The notes under the pieces are model-generated. The model was not told where the DNA came from. It searched no databases and saw only the letters and a program-made list of their open reading frames with translations. A stretch of DNA of 64,000 bases from an uncultured Nitrososphaerota archaeon (GTDB lineage: Archaea; Thermoproteota; Nitrososphaeria; Nitrososphaerales; Gagatemarchaeaceae): contig OY969807.1 in assembly GCA_963703285.1 (NCBI GenBank), positions 1,984,001-2,048,000 on the forward strand, read 5' to 3'. Below, piece after piece: positions 10,931-21,155 of this stretch. Position 1 is the first letter of the stretch; every line of letters starts with the position of its first letter. A program made the translations under genes and the position numbers.

Positions 10931-11728
10931 TTGAACACGTCGAAGGCGAGGGTGGCGTCGCTCGTGGTCTGCCTCGTCCTCCTCGCGTCCCTCCTGGGGT
11001 CCCTCAGCGGCGGACTCGCCCCGCCGCTCTCCAAGGTCGTCCAGCAGCTGCCCTTCCTCACCCAGACGGTGACCTCGACGAGCGGCGGAGGGAACGCCGG
11101 GAAGGTCCTCGTCAACGCCACCCTCACCATCGAGGGCTTCCGCCCCGTGCCCATCCCGAACGCGACGGTCATACTCATCAAGGAGTCCACGGGATCCACG
11201 GGATCGTTCCCGGTGGAGACTGGGACGAACTCAAGCGGCGAGGCGGTCGAGCAGCTCTTCCCCGGCAACTACTCCCTGAAGGTCTTCGACCAGCTCTTCA
11301 GCACCGAGGTGACGGTCCAGGTCTCCAAGAACGTGACCACGGTCGACGACCTGACGGTCCTAAAGCTCTCCGACCAGGTGGTCTTCAGCGACCTCTCGGA
11401 CGAAGACTCCGCGGGGTCGGTCGCCCCCTGGCAGAGCGTGACGCTAGCGGTCACGGCGTCGACGGCCGTGGCGAACGGCAGCAACTACTACCTGGACGTC
11501 GTCTACTACCAGTCCCCCCTCAACGGGAGCTCCCCCTTGGGCTCCTACGTCGAGCACGAGGAGGTGATCGGCGTCACGATGGAGTCTTCGCAGCTGAGCG
11601 GCGCGGGTCAGTCCAGCCTGCTCTGGCTCACCCTCCACCCCGTGACGTTCGTGCCCCTGCAGAACATGACCTCTCTCTCGCTGGTGACCTTCGACACGGT
11701 CACGAGGATAAGCTACCATGGATACTGA
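10931..11728 (+). CDS. Secreted/membrane-anchored hypothetical protein
   Basis: N-terminal hydrophobic helix, Ig/carboxypeptidase-regulatory-like segment (TNSSGEA...PGNYSL); first gene of MoxR operon; start inferred. Confidence 0.65.
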   Translation: MNTSKARVASLVVCLVLLASLLGSLSGGLAPPLSKVVQQLPFLTQTVTSTSGGGNAGKVLVNATLTIEGFRPVPIPNATVILIKESTGSTGSFPVETGTNSSGEAVEQLFPGNYSLKVFDQLFSTEVTVQVSKNVTTVDDLTVLKLSDQVVFSDLSDEDSAGSVAPWQSVTLAVTASTAVANGSNYYLDVVYYQSPLNGSSPLGSYVEHEEVIGVTMESSQLSGAGQSSLLWLTLHPVTFVPLQNMTSLSLVTFDTVTRISYHGY

Positions 11729-12071
11729 GACCATCGGCGCGATCGTCCTGAACCTCGCGGTCTACGCCTCGCTCGGGGCGGCGGTCGTGCAGTGGAGCAG
11801 GCAGAGGGTCCCCACGCCGCGCGACGCGGCCGCCGCGTTCCGCCTCGTGGAGGACGCGCTCAGGAGGTGCTTCCCCGACCTCCCCTTCGGGTTCACGCTG
11901 AGGGAAGGGCTCACCAGGGCGAAGCTGGCGGGCTTCGGCCTGAGGTGGGAGGATATAGAGAAGACCGTCGCGGCCTACGAGGAGTACAGGTTCGGCGGAG
12001 GCCCGTCCCCCATGGTTCCGATGCCCGAGGTGATGAGACTCGTGAGGTCCCTGCGGAGGCGCCCCGGATGA
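11718..12071 (+). CDS. Membrane-anchored hypothetical protein (DUF4129-like)
   Basis: TM helix, TLRE and YEEYRFG motifs; overlaps both neighbours. Confidence 0.6.
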   Translation: MDTETIGAIVLNLAVYASLGAAVVQWSRQRVPTPRDAAAAFRLVEDALRRCFPDLPFGFTLREGLTRAKLAGFGLRWEDIEKTVAAYEEYRFGGGPSPMVPMPEVMRLVRSLRRRPG

Positions 12072-13003
12072 GCACCGGCCTCGGGGACCGAGTGGTTGGC
12101 GAGCTCGGTAGGGTCGTCGTGGGCAAGGAGAGGGAGACAGAGCTCCTCCTGGCGGCCCTGCTCGCCAGGGGACACGTCCTGCTGGAGGGCGTGCCCGGGG
12201 TGTCGAAGACGCTCCTGACGAAGACCTTCTCCAGGTGCCTGGAGCTCGACTTCCGCCGGGTCCAGTTCACCCCCGACATGCTCCCGCTCGACATCGTTGG
12301 CGGGTTCATCTTCAACCTGAAGGAGAGGGAGTTCGAGTTCCGCAGGGGCGCGGTCTTCACTAACATCCTCCTCGCCGACGAGATCAACAGGGCACCGCCG
12401 AAGGTCCAGAGCGCCCTACTCGAGTCGATGCAGGAGCAGCAGGTCACGATAGAGGGCCACACGGAGGCCCTGCCCTCCCCCCACATGGTCATCGCGACCC
12501 AGAACCCCATCGAGTTCCAGGGAGTGTACCCACTCCCCGAGGGGCAGCTGGACAGGTTCATGCTCAAGATCACCCTCGGCTACCCATCCCTCGAGAGAGA
12601 ATCGGAGATCGTCAGGCGGAACATCTCCGACTTGGAGGCTCCTGCGATTAACGGCGTTGTCTCGAGGAGCGAGCTCGACAGGTGCTTCGGGGAGGTCGGC
12701 CTGGTGAAGGTCTCGGACGAGATAATCGACTACGTCTCGCGCCTGGCGGCGGCGACGAGGTCCGACAGCAGGGTCAGGCTCGGCGCGAGCCCGAGGGCGA
12801 TGGTGCAACTGACGAGGTGCGCCAAGGCCAAGGCCTACCTCGCGGGCCGCGGTTTCGTGACCCCCGACGACATAAAGGAGCTCTCGGTCGAGTCGCTCTC
12901 GCACCGGGTCAGGCTGAAGCAGGCGACGCAGCTGAGGGAGGAGACCGTGGAGGTCGCCGCGGTGATAAAGGGCATCGTCGACGGGGTGGAACCGCCGCGG
13001 TAG
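12068..13003 (+). CDS. MoxR family AAA+ ATPase
   Basis: GHVLLEGVPGVSKT, RVQFTPDMLP, LADEINRAPPKVQSALLE, YPLPEGQLDRF. Confidence 0.95.
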   Translation: MSTGLGDRVVGELGRVVVGKERETELLLAALLARGHVLLEGVPGVSKTLLTKTFSRCLELDFRRVQFTPDMLPLDIVGGFIFNLKEREFEFRRGAVFTNILLADEINRAPPKVQSALLESMQEQQVTIEGHTEALPSPHMVIATQNPIEFQGVYPLPEGQLDRFMLKITLGYPSLERESEIVRRNISDLEAPAINGVVSRSELDRCFGEVGLVKVSDEIIDYVSRLAAATRSDSRVRLGASPRAMVQLTRCAKAKAYLAGRGFVTPDDIKELSVESLSHRVRLKQATQLREETVEVAAVIKGIVDGVEPPR

Positions 13004-14109
13004 GCCTCACTCGCCGCGGGAGGGATTACCTGATCGCGGCGGCCTTCACGAGCTTCGTCCTCGGTCTGACGGGTCCGGCCATCGCAGCGGCCATCGGCTT
13101 CTCGCTGACGCTGATGGCGGCCACCTCCCTCCTCCTCTTCTGGCCGGCGTTCCGGCGGGCCGAGGTCTCCGTAAGACCGGGGAAGGTGAGGGTCTTCAAG
13201 CAAGAAGGTGTCGCCGTCACCATCGACGCGGGGAGACGAGGCTCGAGATGGGTCACGCTGACCTCGGTGGAGCTGAAGGGCCGGCCCGGTCTCGCGGCCG
13301 AAACATCCCCCCTGCGGTCCGGTGGGGTCGAGCTGCTGCTCACGCCTGGCCTCGCCGGGAGGTCTGACCGCTTCGAGGCCACGGTCAGGGCGAGCGACGC
13401 TCTCGGCATCTTCACGATGGCGCGGACCATACGGCTCGAGCTGGTGCTCGAGGTCCTCCCGCTCGCCCTCAAGGAGCGCCCGCCGCCGCTCGTCGTCCCC
13501 CTCCTGGCCTTCGGCGAGGACCCCGCCGGTTCGAGCGGACCCGGGCAGGAGCTCTACGCCGTGAGCGAGTATCAGCCCGACTTCGACCCCCGCGACATAA
13601 TGTGGAAGAGGGCAGCCTCCAGGACGGACGAAACAATCCCCGTCAGGGTTCGGGAGGCGAACGTTCGGAGGGCCGTCTCGATAGGCGTCAAGGTCGCCTC
13701 GCGTTCCGAGGAAGAGAGGGCGCTGAGGGTAGACCTGGTGGCAGAGGCGCTGGGGAAGGTCGGGATGCAGCTCCTCGCCGCCGGTTCAGTGCTCGAGATA
13801 ACCTATCCGTCGACCTCGGGGGCATGGATGGTTACCGTCTCCAGCGCCCGCGAGCTCGCCGATGCGACCGAGCTTCCTTTTGTCGCGGGCCGCGGGGCGC
13901 CATGGGGGCAGTCGCTGTCGGACCGGTCCTTCGACCTCCTCATAGTCGGGCCCTACGAGTCGGGGAATCCCTCTGCCGTCCTACCCCGCTCCCGTCGACT
14001 CCTCGTGCTCTCCGAAGCGCCTGCGAGGGATCGCCTCCCTCCGGGCTCGTCCCTGTTCACGGGCCGTGAGGACCTCGCCGAGGTGGTTTCATCGGTGATC
14101 GCAGGATGA
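13000..14109 (+). CDS. DUF58 domain protein (start codon uncertain)
   Basis: Two N-terminal TMs, DALGIF, EYQPDFDPRDIMWK motif; follows MoxR. Confidence 0.75.
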   Translation, partial: VGLTRRGRDYLIAAAFTSFVLGLTGPAIAAAIGFSLTLMAATSLLLFWPAFRRAEVSVRPGKVRVFKQEGVAVTIDAGRRGSRWVTLTSVELKGRPGLAAETSPLRSGGVELLLTPGLAGRSDRFEATVRASDALGIFTMARTIRLELVLEVLPLALKERPPPLVVPLLAFGEDPAGSSGPGQELYAVSEYQPDFDPRDIMWKRAASRTDETIPVRVREANVRRAVSIGVKVASRSEEERALRVDLVAEALGKVGMQLLAAGSVLEITYPSTSGAWMVTVSSARELADATELPFVAGRGAPWGQSLSDRSFDLLIVGPYESGNPSAVLPRSRRLLVLSEAPARDRLPPGSSLFTGREDLAEVVSSVIAG

Positions 14110-14894
14110 ACGGTCGTGAGTCGTGGGCCGTCACGGCCGTCGTCGCCGCGTCGCTGCTCTCCCTCTACGGCGCTCTGATCTACTGGCTCGGCCAGAACCC
14201 CATCTTCCTGCCTGCCAGCGCGCTCGAAGAGGCGATCCTCGGGACGATGCTCCTGCGGCTGGTCCTCATCCTGTCGGTCCGCAGGCTCAGGAGGAGCGCG
14301 GTGGCAGCCGCCGACATATTCACGGCCGAGATCCTCATCGTCCCCGCCCTGATCCTGGCGGGCATCACGGCCGGCAACCCCAGGGAGTATCTGTCGTTCG
14401 CGGGCGACGTCCTCTTGGTCTGGGCCGCGGCTGTCCTGCTCGTCTTCCCGGCCTTCGCCATCTACAGGGTGGCGGAGATGTTGCGGAGCGGGGCGAGGCT
14501 GACGTCGCTGATCCTCTCCTCGACGGGGATCTACGTCGTGCTCCTCCTCATGCTCTCCGCGACGGAGGGGACCACCTCGGCCGTAGGGTTGGCCGGGTTG
14601 ACCAGGCTCCTCATAGGGGCCATCCTGAACGGGACGACCGTGGCGTCGGCCCAGCCGGTGGCGACCGCTGCCGGAGTGGCCCTCTACGTCGGCCTCGTCG
14701 CCCACTCTGCGCTCGGCGCTGGCCAGCCTTCCCGCCGCGTCGAGCCGCTCCTCCTCTTCCCGGTGCTCGGGACAGCGGCCGCCCTCGCCTGGGGCTTCCT
14801 AGCCGGGATGGGCACGAACGATACGCTCTTCATCTTCGGTGTGCCTTCGCTGCTGGTGATAGCTGCAATGTGGTTGGTGAGCCGTGCGGGCTAG
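14106..14894 (+). CDS. Multi-pass membrane protein
   Basis: Hydrophobic ORF overlapping both neighbours. Confidence 0.7.
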   Translation: MNGRESWAVTAVVAASLLSLYGALIYWLGQNPIFLPASALEEAILGTMLLRLVLILSVRRLRRSAVAAADIFTAEILIVPALILAGITAGNPREYLSFAGDVLLVWAAAVLLVFPAFAIYRVAEMLRSGARLTSLILSSTGIYVVLLLMLSATEGTTSAVGLAGLTRLLIGAILNGTTVASAQPVATAAGVALYVGLVAHSALGAGQPSRRVEPLLLFPVLGTAAALAWGFLAGMGTNDTLFIFGVPSLLVIAAMWLVSRAG

Positions 14895-16497
14895 CCTCCT
14901 GGTCCTCCTCGTGCTGGCGCTGGCGTCCGCCGCGGTCCCCTTCGCTCACGTCAGGTCGCAGGCGGAGGTCGCGAGCGGGACGGCCCCTCTCTCGATGGGC
15001 TTCGGTCCGGGCGTCCTCAGCCCCATCAGCCAAGGCGTTCCGATCTACGCTGCGGGTGACCAGATATGGCTGATGTCCGATTCGCAGGACCAGTTCAGGG
15101 CCACCCTCAACTCTCCGGAGGGTGCGGCGCTGATCTCCGCCGAGGTCACCTCCGGCGGCCCCTCCCTGTTGTTCGCATTCTCCCCGTACGACCCCGCCGG
15201 GACCTGGTCCATCTCGGTCGTCGACCAGTCCCAGCCCTCCCTGAGCTTCGCACCCATCCCCATCCTGCTGGTTGGCGATGACCTCTCCCCGCCGGCGCTC
15301 ACCGACTACGCGCTCTCCCCTTCGGGGCAGCTCCAGTTGGACTTCGACGTGTCATCCACGTCACAGTACGACCTGCAGGAGTGCGCAGTGGGAAGCGCGG
15401 TCCCGGACGTGCTCGCGGTCCCCCTCCCGGCGGGAGTCGGGTCGGGCCAGCTCCTCGTCGGGAAGAACGGGACCCAGGCGAGCGTCTCCGCCCAGGGCAT
15501 CCTGGTCAGCCCGTTCAACTTCTGGATGGAGCTCGACCAGAACTACTCGTACTACCTCGGCAGCCCGTCGACCGTCGTCTCCCGCGACGTCACGGTCGCG
15601 GCTACGCAGGCGGTCTCGATAATCCCCGGGGCGAGCTCGGTGAACGCGTCCTTCTACACCTACGCGCAGATCCGGACCGGGCGGTTCGCCCTGAGAGCGT
15701 TCTTCGACACGCCCTCGGGGCTGTCCGTCGCGCAGGAGATGGTGATGATCCCCAACGACGGCGGTGGATGGATATCGCTCTCCGGCTGCAGCGCGTCGGC
15801 CGACGTCTCCTCGACCACCTTCTCCCTCTCGTCCTCCCTGGGGACCAACTCCTCGACGTGGCCCACCGTGGTCTACACGATGTACCAGTCCGAGGGGGTC
15901 GACCTGGTCGCCGAGACGGTGCTCGACCTCATGCCCGCAGTCATCACGGTCCTAGCCAGCCCCTGGGAGATCCCGCTCACCGACACGCAGCTGAAGTTCA
16001 CCCCCGGACCGGGCGTGCAGCAGACCGCACTGGGCGACGGGACTCTCTATCTCGTCGCATCGCAGTATCCGGTGCAGGTCGGCGTCTCTCTGACCAGCGG
16101 CCAGACGCAGGAGGTGGTGATACGGCAGCCATTCACGACCGCGAGGCTGCAGGTGAACTCCAGCAGGGTCACCGTGGAGACCTATCAGGACGGTTCACTG
16201 GCTCCGGGCGTCCTCGTCAGCGTCCTGGCGGGCAACGAGACCGTCGCCTCCTCCGTGAGCGCGAGCGGACAGTCCACCTTCTACCTCCCGGAGGGGAATT
16301 ACAACGTCTCCGCCGCCCTCGGCGGAGAGACCCAGGTCAGGGGCTTCTACTCCCTGGCTGGCAGGTCGTCGGTCATATCGATGTACTTCACGAGCCATCC
16401 CAACGATGAGAGCCTCTACGCGCTCCTCGCGACGGCGACAGTCGGTGCCATGGCGAGCGCGCTCGTCTGGATCAAGGTCTACCGCGACAGACGGTAG
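14884..16497 (+). CDS. Secreted surface glycoprotein with C-terminal TM anchor
   Basis: Signal peptide, many N-x-S/T sequons, LPEGNYNVSA, C-terminal TM plus basic tail. Confidence 0.7.
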   Translation: MRASLLVLLVLALASAAVPFAHVRSQAEVASGTAPLSMGFGPGVLSPISQGVPIYAAGDQIWLMSDSQDQFRATLNSPEGAALISAEVTSGGPSLLFAFSPYDPAGTWSISVVDQSQPSLSFAPIPILLVGDDLSPPALTDYALSPSGQLQLDFDVSSTSQYDLQECAVGSAVPDVLAVPLPAGVGSGQLLVGKNGTQASVSAQGILVSPFNFWMELDQNYSYYLGSPSTVVSRDVTVAATQAVSIIPGASSVNASFYTYAQIRTGRFALRAFFDTPSGLSVAQEMVMIPNDGGGWISLSGCSASADVSSTTFSLSSSLGTNSSTWPTVVYTMYQSEGVDLVAETVLDLMPAVITVLASPWEIPLTDTQLKFTPGPGVQQTALGDGTLYLVASQYPVQVGVSLTSGQTQEVVIRQPFTTARLQVNSSRVTVETYQDGSLAPGVLVSVLAGNETVASSVSASGQSTFYLPEGNYNVSAALGGETQVRGFYSLAGRSSVISMYFTSHPNDESLYALLATATVGAMASALVWIKVYRDRR

Positions 16498-16575
16498 CGC
16501 GACGACCGTCGTCACCGGGGGGGACGACCGCGAGCTCCCATCACGCATAAATGCCTGACCCGCCCAACAGGGGAC

Positions 16576-17010
16576 GTGCCGGCGTGCCCCAACTGCAAAG
16601 CCTCGGTCGCGTCCCCTGAACGGGTCTACAAGGTCGTCGTCGAGCCAGAGCAGGGGGAGCGCGGAATCGTCAAGAGGGACGTCGGGATGTACAGGTGCCA
16701 GCGGTGCGACACGACCTTCCCCAGGGTCCTCGGCCGCGTCCACTACCTTCTCGTCCCCGAGACAGAGTTCAACCGTCTGAAGAAGGAGGGCGAGGAGACC
16801 AAGACCAAGGCCGACGGGCTCGAGGTCGAGATGGTGTCGCTCAGGAAGGAGAAGGCAGAGCACGAGGAGATGCTAACTAGGCAGCTGCGGGACAAGGTGA
16901 TATCCAGTCTCGAGTCCGAACTCGGACAGCTGGAGAAACACGTGAAGCACCTCCAGGCGGAGCGCGACCGCCTGAAGAGCGAGATCGCCAGTTCCCCTGA
17001 GAGCGCCTAG
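16576..17010 (+). CDS. Zn-ribbon plus coiled-coil protein
   Basis: CPNC...CQRC followed by heptad-rich helix. Confidence 0.7.
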   Translation: MPACPNCKASVASPERVYKVVVEPEQGERGIVKRDVGMYRCQRCDTTFPRVLGRVHYLLVPETEFNRLKKEGEETKTKADGLEVEMVSLRKEKAEHEEMLTRQLRDKVISSLESELGQLEKHVKHLQAERDRLKSEIASSPESA

Positions 17011-17240
17011 GCGCTACCCTCTAACGAGGAGATCTGCCCTTCGAGGTCGGCCTTCTCCGTCTTCAGCATCTCTACGGTGGCCTGCAGGGCTGATCCCTTC
17101 TTCTCGAGGTCAAGCAGTGTGCGCTTCTGTCTTAGTGCCTCGACCTCTTCCATCAGCGAGGCTCTCTCTTTCTCGAGATTCTCAAGCCTCTCTTCTAGTT
17201 CGCTCTTCTTCTTCTGGAATTCGCGGTCGTCGGATGCCAT
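17007..17240 (-). CDS. Small coiled-coil protein
   Basis: E/K/L-rich heptads; convergent with upstream gene. Confidence 0.6.
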   Translation of the reverse strand: MASDDREFQKKKSELEERLENLEKERASLMEEVEALRQKRTLLDLEKKGSALQATVEMLKTEKADLEGQISSLEGSA

Positions 17241-17365
17241 TGTGGGCGCCGCATTGCTAACCAAAGAACGAGTTATTCAATCTTTGGCGCCCCGGTGAAG
17301 GAAGCGTGACCTAATCAGTAGCGCGTTACTACCAAGTATAATAGGGAGACCACCCGAGTCCGTCC

Positions 17366-18436
17366 ATGACCGTGACAGAGTTTGACGGGCTGGTCAAGGG
17401 TCTTCACCACATCACCCTCGTAACCTCCAACCAGGAGATCAACCGGAGGTTCTACACCGAGGTGCTAGGTCTCCGCAGGGTGAAGCTCACGGTGAACCAG
17501 GACGACATCTTCCACCGTCACCTGTTCTACGCCGACGAAAGGGGCACGACGGGGAGCGCGATAACCTTCTTCGAATGGCCGGAGCTCCCCCAGGGGACCG
17601 CTGGGCTGGGCTCGCCCCACCATCTCTCCTACAGGGTCCCCAGGCTGGATGCGATCCCCGCCTGGCTCTCCTGGCTCCGCTCGGCCGGGGTTCACGCTGT
17701 CGGCCCTCTGCCCAGGGACGGCCGTGTCTCGGTCTACCTGCGGGACCCTGACGGAGTGAGCCTGGAGCTCGCCGCGGCCAACGACGAAAGGCTGACCGAC
17801 GAGGATGTCGCCGAGCTCGGCAGGAACCTCCCCGCCGTCAGCTCTATAACGAGCGACATGAGGCTAACCACCTTCGACCACGCCAGCCCCATCTCCTCCG
17901 ACCCGGCGCTCACAGCGGCGTTCTTCGAGAAGTTCGTCGGCCTGAAGCGGGGCTCCTCCCTCAAGGACCCCGACGACGGTGACGCGACGATCCTGCCGAT
18001 AGGGAACGAGTCGCGGCCTGACTTCTTCCGCTACCTGGCCTCGGAGAGGGCAGACGCTGGCTTCGTCGGACGGGGGAGCATCCATCACATCGCGATGGCG
18101 GTCGATGACGACCGCGACCAGCTCAGGATCATGCGGCACCTCGACGACGTCGGCATCAGGAACTCGGGCATAATCGACAGGTTCTGGTTCCACTCGCTCT
18201 ACTTCCGCGATCCCGACGGGAATCTCCTGGAGATTGCGACGAAGGGTCCGGGCTACGCCGTCGATGAGCCGCCGGAGTCCCTCGGGTCGCGCCTGGTCCT
18301 GCCCAAGTGGGTGGAGCCCAAGCGGAGGGAGATAGAGGCGTTCCTCAGGAAGACCGACGAGTCGAACGCGGCTGCGTGGCCGCCGACCTACCCCGACACC
18401 CCGCGGAAGCCGGAATCCTTAACGCTGCGTAGCTGA
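17366..18436 (+). CDS. VOC/ring-cleaving dioxygenase (MhqO-like)
   Basis: GLHHIT, FYTEVLGL..VKLTVNQDD, GSIHHIA, DRFWFHSLYFRDPDG. Confidence 0.88.
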   Translation: MTVTEFDGLVKGLHHITLVTSNQEINRRFYTEVLGLRRVKLTVNQDDIFHRHLFYADERGTTGSAITFFEWPELPQGTAGLGSPHHLSYRVPRLDAIPAWLSWLRSAGVHAVGPLPRDGRVSVYLRDPDGVSLELAAANDERLTDEDVAELGRNLPAVSSITSDMRLTTFDHASPISSDPALTAAFFEKFVGLKRGSSLKDPDDGDATILPIGNESRPDFFRYLASERADAGFVGRGSIHHIAMAVDDDRDQLRIMRHLDDVGIRNSGIIDRFWFHSLYFRDPDGNLLEIATKGPGYAVDEPPESLGSRLVLPKWVEPKRREIEAFLRKTDESNAAAWPPTYPDTPRKPESLTLRS

Positions 18437-18449
18437 GCCGGTCAACGAA

Positions 18450-19097
18450 TTGCCAGGCCCGGAGCCGTCAACGCCCAGCTTCATCCATCGATTCGTGCCT
18501 GGCGAGAAGGACTGCCCTATTGTGCTCCTCCTGCTCCACGGGACCGGCGGGAACGAGGACGACCTCCTCGACCTCGGCCGGCAGCTCCTCCCCGGCGCGG
18601 CCATGCTAAGCCCCCGCGGAAAGGTCCTGGAGGACGGGATGCCGAGGTTCTTCAGGCGGCTAGCAGAGGGTGTGTTCGACGTCAACGACCTGGTCGACAG
18701 GACGGAGGAGCTCGCCAGGTTCGTCGAGGCGTCGGTTGCGAAGCACTCTCCCGGCAAGAAGGTCATCGCGGTTGGCTACTCGAACGGCGCGAACATCGCC
18801 GCGAGCCTCCTGCTCCTTCGCCCGCACCTTCTCAAGGGCGCCGTCCTCTTCCGGCCGATGGTCCCGTTCACGATGCAGGCTGTGCCCGACCTCTCGGACG
18901 TCCGTGTCCTGATAGAATCCGGGTCCCGGGACGTGATCGTACCGAAGGACCAGCCGGCGGCCCTCGAGGCAACGCTGCGGCGCGGCGACGCGCAGGTCAG
19001 CCTCATATGGCAGGAGGCGGGGCACCAGCTGACGAGGCCCGACATCGAGGCTGCGCAAGCCTGGCTCTCGCAGCTCTCGGAAGATCTTTCGCGCTGA
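18450..19097 (+). CDS. Alpha/beta hydrolase (MhqD-like carboxylesterase)
   Basis: LLHGTGGNE, RFFRR, GYSNGANIA, GHQL. Confidence 0.88.
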   Translation: MPGPEPSTPSFIHRFVPGEKDCPIVLLLLHGTGGNEDDLLDLGRQLLPGAAMLSPRGKVLEDGMPRFFRRLAEGVFDVNDLVDRTEELARFVEASVAKHSPGKKVIAVGYSNGANIAASLLLLRPHLLKGAVLFRPMVPFTMQAVPDLSDVRVLIESGSRDVIVPKDQPAALEATLRRGDAQVSLIWQEAGHQLTRPDIEAAQAWLSQLSEDLSR

Positions 19098-19144
19098 TCA
19101 CATGCACCAAGGCTAAAATAGGTTTGGGGGTGCGCTCGAACGCC

Positions 19145-19792
19145 TTGAATGACGGCGGCGCGCCCTCGAAGGCCGGGTCCAAAGGGAGGGTCCGCGGCCG
19201 TTCGGCCAAGGGCCTCCGGACCAGGAGCACCATAGCGTGGGTCGTCGCCGTCGTCCTGGTCGCCCTCCTGGTGGTCTACGCCTTCGGCGGGTCCCTCGCG
19301 AAACCGTCCACCACAACCTTCAGCGGGACGACGAGCACGGCCTACGACGTACAGGCATCCTCCGTCGTCCTCGATGCCTCGCAGCAGTATCCCGCCGGAT
19401 ACAACGCAACGTCGTCGGGGAGTCTCAAGGTGACCTATCCGGGCGTGCAGAGCGGTGCCTACGCGCTTCTCGCGGATTCGCAGTCCGCCGCGAACATCAC
19501 GGTCCTCGTCTTCAACACGGCTAACTCCAGCCAGAACTACTACGGGGACTTCAAGTCGGGGGTTCAAGGCCTGCCCGGATACACCGACATCAGCGGCGTG
19601 CTCTCGGGGTACACGCAGTACGGCCTGTGCTACGCGTACGGAGAGGACGTCGACGGCATAGCGGTTGCCAACGGGATCTGCACCGACGGGAACGTCTTCC
19701 TGCTGGTCCACCTCTCCTCGAGCGAGCCCTTCTCGCAGCTGGAGGACGACCTCTCGACCATAATGGGCGCCATGTACGAGAGCGTGCAGTGA
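19145..19792 (+). CDS. Membrane-anchored extracellular protein
   Basis: Basic N-terminus, TM helix, S/T-rich linker; start inferred. Confidence 0.6.
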   Translation: MNDGGAPSKAGSKGRVRGRSAKGLRTRSTIAWVVAVVLVALLVVYAFGGSLAKPSTTTFSGTTSTAYDVQASSVVLDASQQYPAGYNATSSGSLKVTYPGVQSGAYALLADSQSAANITVLVFNTANSSQNYYGDFKSGVQGLPGYTDISGVLSGYTQYGLCYAYGEDVDGIAVANGICTDGNVFLLVHLSSSEPFSQLEDDLSTIMGAMYESVQ

Positions 19793-19877
19793 GCCGCTCC
19801 CCTCTCATTGCAGTTGGTTTGAGTTGATTTGAATTGATACCGCGTCGTTAACTACCGCGCCGCAGACGCGGGCCGAC

Positions 19878-20711
19878 ATGAAGATAGGGTCGGCGATACC
19901 GCGTCTCCTCGAGAGGAAGTACCCGACGGTCAGGCCATCGTATCCTCTGCTGACGGTGCTTTACCTCCTGAGGATTCAGGACATTCCTGCGGTGCCGATC
20001 GTCGGGGACGGGAAGGCCCCACGGGCCGTCTTCGGTTTCTCAGTCCTGCCCAAGATGATGGACCTCACCCCGAAGACCTTCGATGCGTACCTATCGGGAC
20101 CGTGCGAGGCTGCGTCGGACGAGCTCGAGTCCTTCAGCATGGACGACGATGTCGAGGACCTGCTCGAGTCGTTCGAGAGGACCAAGCTCGGGGTATCGCT
20201 CGTCAGCGGGAAGGCGAGGGGCCAGCCTCACGCGACGCTCGTGACGCTCGTGGACCTCCTCAGGCTGTACAAGACGAGGCAGTTCACGTCTGACATGCTC
20301 GTCGAAGAGGTCGGAAGTCCGATCGTCGCCCTACCGGGGAAGACCTCCGTCCGGGACGCCGTCCAGACGATGTTCCGGCTCAAGGTCAGGAGGGTCTTCA
20401 TATCCGGAGAGAGGATGTACATCTCCGACCGAAGCATAGTCGAACGAGTCCTCAGCCCAGCCTCCCTCGTACGCTCGGCCGGCGAGGAGGGAATCGGCGC
20501 TCTCAAGGCCGAGATAGAGACGCTCAAGAAGACTTCGCCGATCGAGGTCCAGAAAGGGACCAGCCTGCAATCGGCCGCGCTCCGGCTCAGGAGCGATTGG
20601 GGACCCTGCCTCACGGTTCAGGGGGAGGACAGGGTACTGACACCTTGGGACGTCATAATGAAGCCCTGGGCGGCCGAGAGGCTCACGATAAGGTCCCAGC
20701 CCCGGGACTGA
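19878..20711 (+). CDS. CBS domain protein
   Basis: Repeated CBS-like units (IPAVPIV, LVTLVDLL, VLTPWDVI). Confidence 0.65.
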   Translation: MKIGSAIPRLLERKYPTVRPSYPLLTVLYLLRIQDIPAVPIVGDGKAPRAVFGFSVLPKMMDLTPKTFDAYLSGPCEAASDELESFSMDDDVEDLLESFERTKLGVSLVSGKARGQPHATLVTLVDLLRLYKTRQFTSDMLVEEVGSPIVALPGKTSVRDAVQTMFRLKVRRVFISGERMYISDRSIVERVLSPASLVRSAGEEGIGALKAEIETLKKTSPIEVQKGTSLQSAALRLRSDWGPCLTVQGEDRVLTPWDVIMKPWAAERLTIRSQPRD

Positions 20712-20723
20712 CCTCGTAACCTG

Positions 20724-21155
20724 TTACTCGCCCAGTGCCTTGTTCGACAGCCGCAGCCTTGCCGCGAGCTCCTTCAGCAGCCTGATTGCGATATCCGGGT
20801 TGGACTTTACCATCCCGGTGAAAGACCACGCCGAGATGGCCAGACACTTCGTCTCTGAGATCGCCTCCACCGTCGCGGACCTGGGTTCGCTGTCGAACAG
20901 GGACATCTCGCCGAAGAAGTCGCCCGCCTTTAGCTCGGCCAGCGTCTTGGTGCCCTTCCTTACTCTGACCTTGCCATCCATTACGAGGAAGAACCCGACC
21001 CCGACCGTGCCCTCGTCGACGATGTGCTGCCCGGGGGCGTAGCTGAGCTCCTTGCCTCCGGCGGCGACGGTCTTCAGCTGCTTCCCGTTGAGCGTGGAAA
21101 AGAGAGGCACGCCCTTCAACACCTCGGCCAGTTGCTCTTGCGGGCTCTTGGTCAA
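20724..21155 (-). CDS. Cyclic nucleotide-binding domain protein
   Basis: VPLFSTL, GDFFGEMSL..PRSATV. Confidence 0.9.
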   Translation of the reverse strand: MTKSPQEQLAEVLKGVPLFSTLNGKQLKTVAAGGKELSYAPGQHIVDEGTVGVGFFLVMDGKVRVRKGTKTLAELKAGDFFGEMSLFDSEPRSATVEAISETKCLAISAWSFTGMVKSNPDIAIRLLKELAARLRLSNKALGE

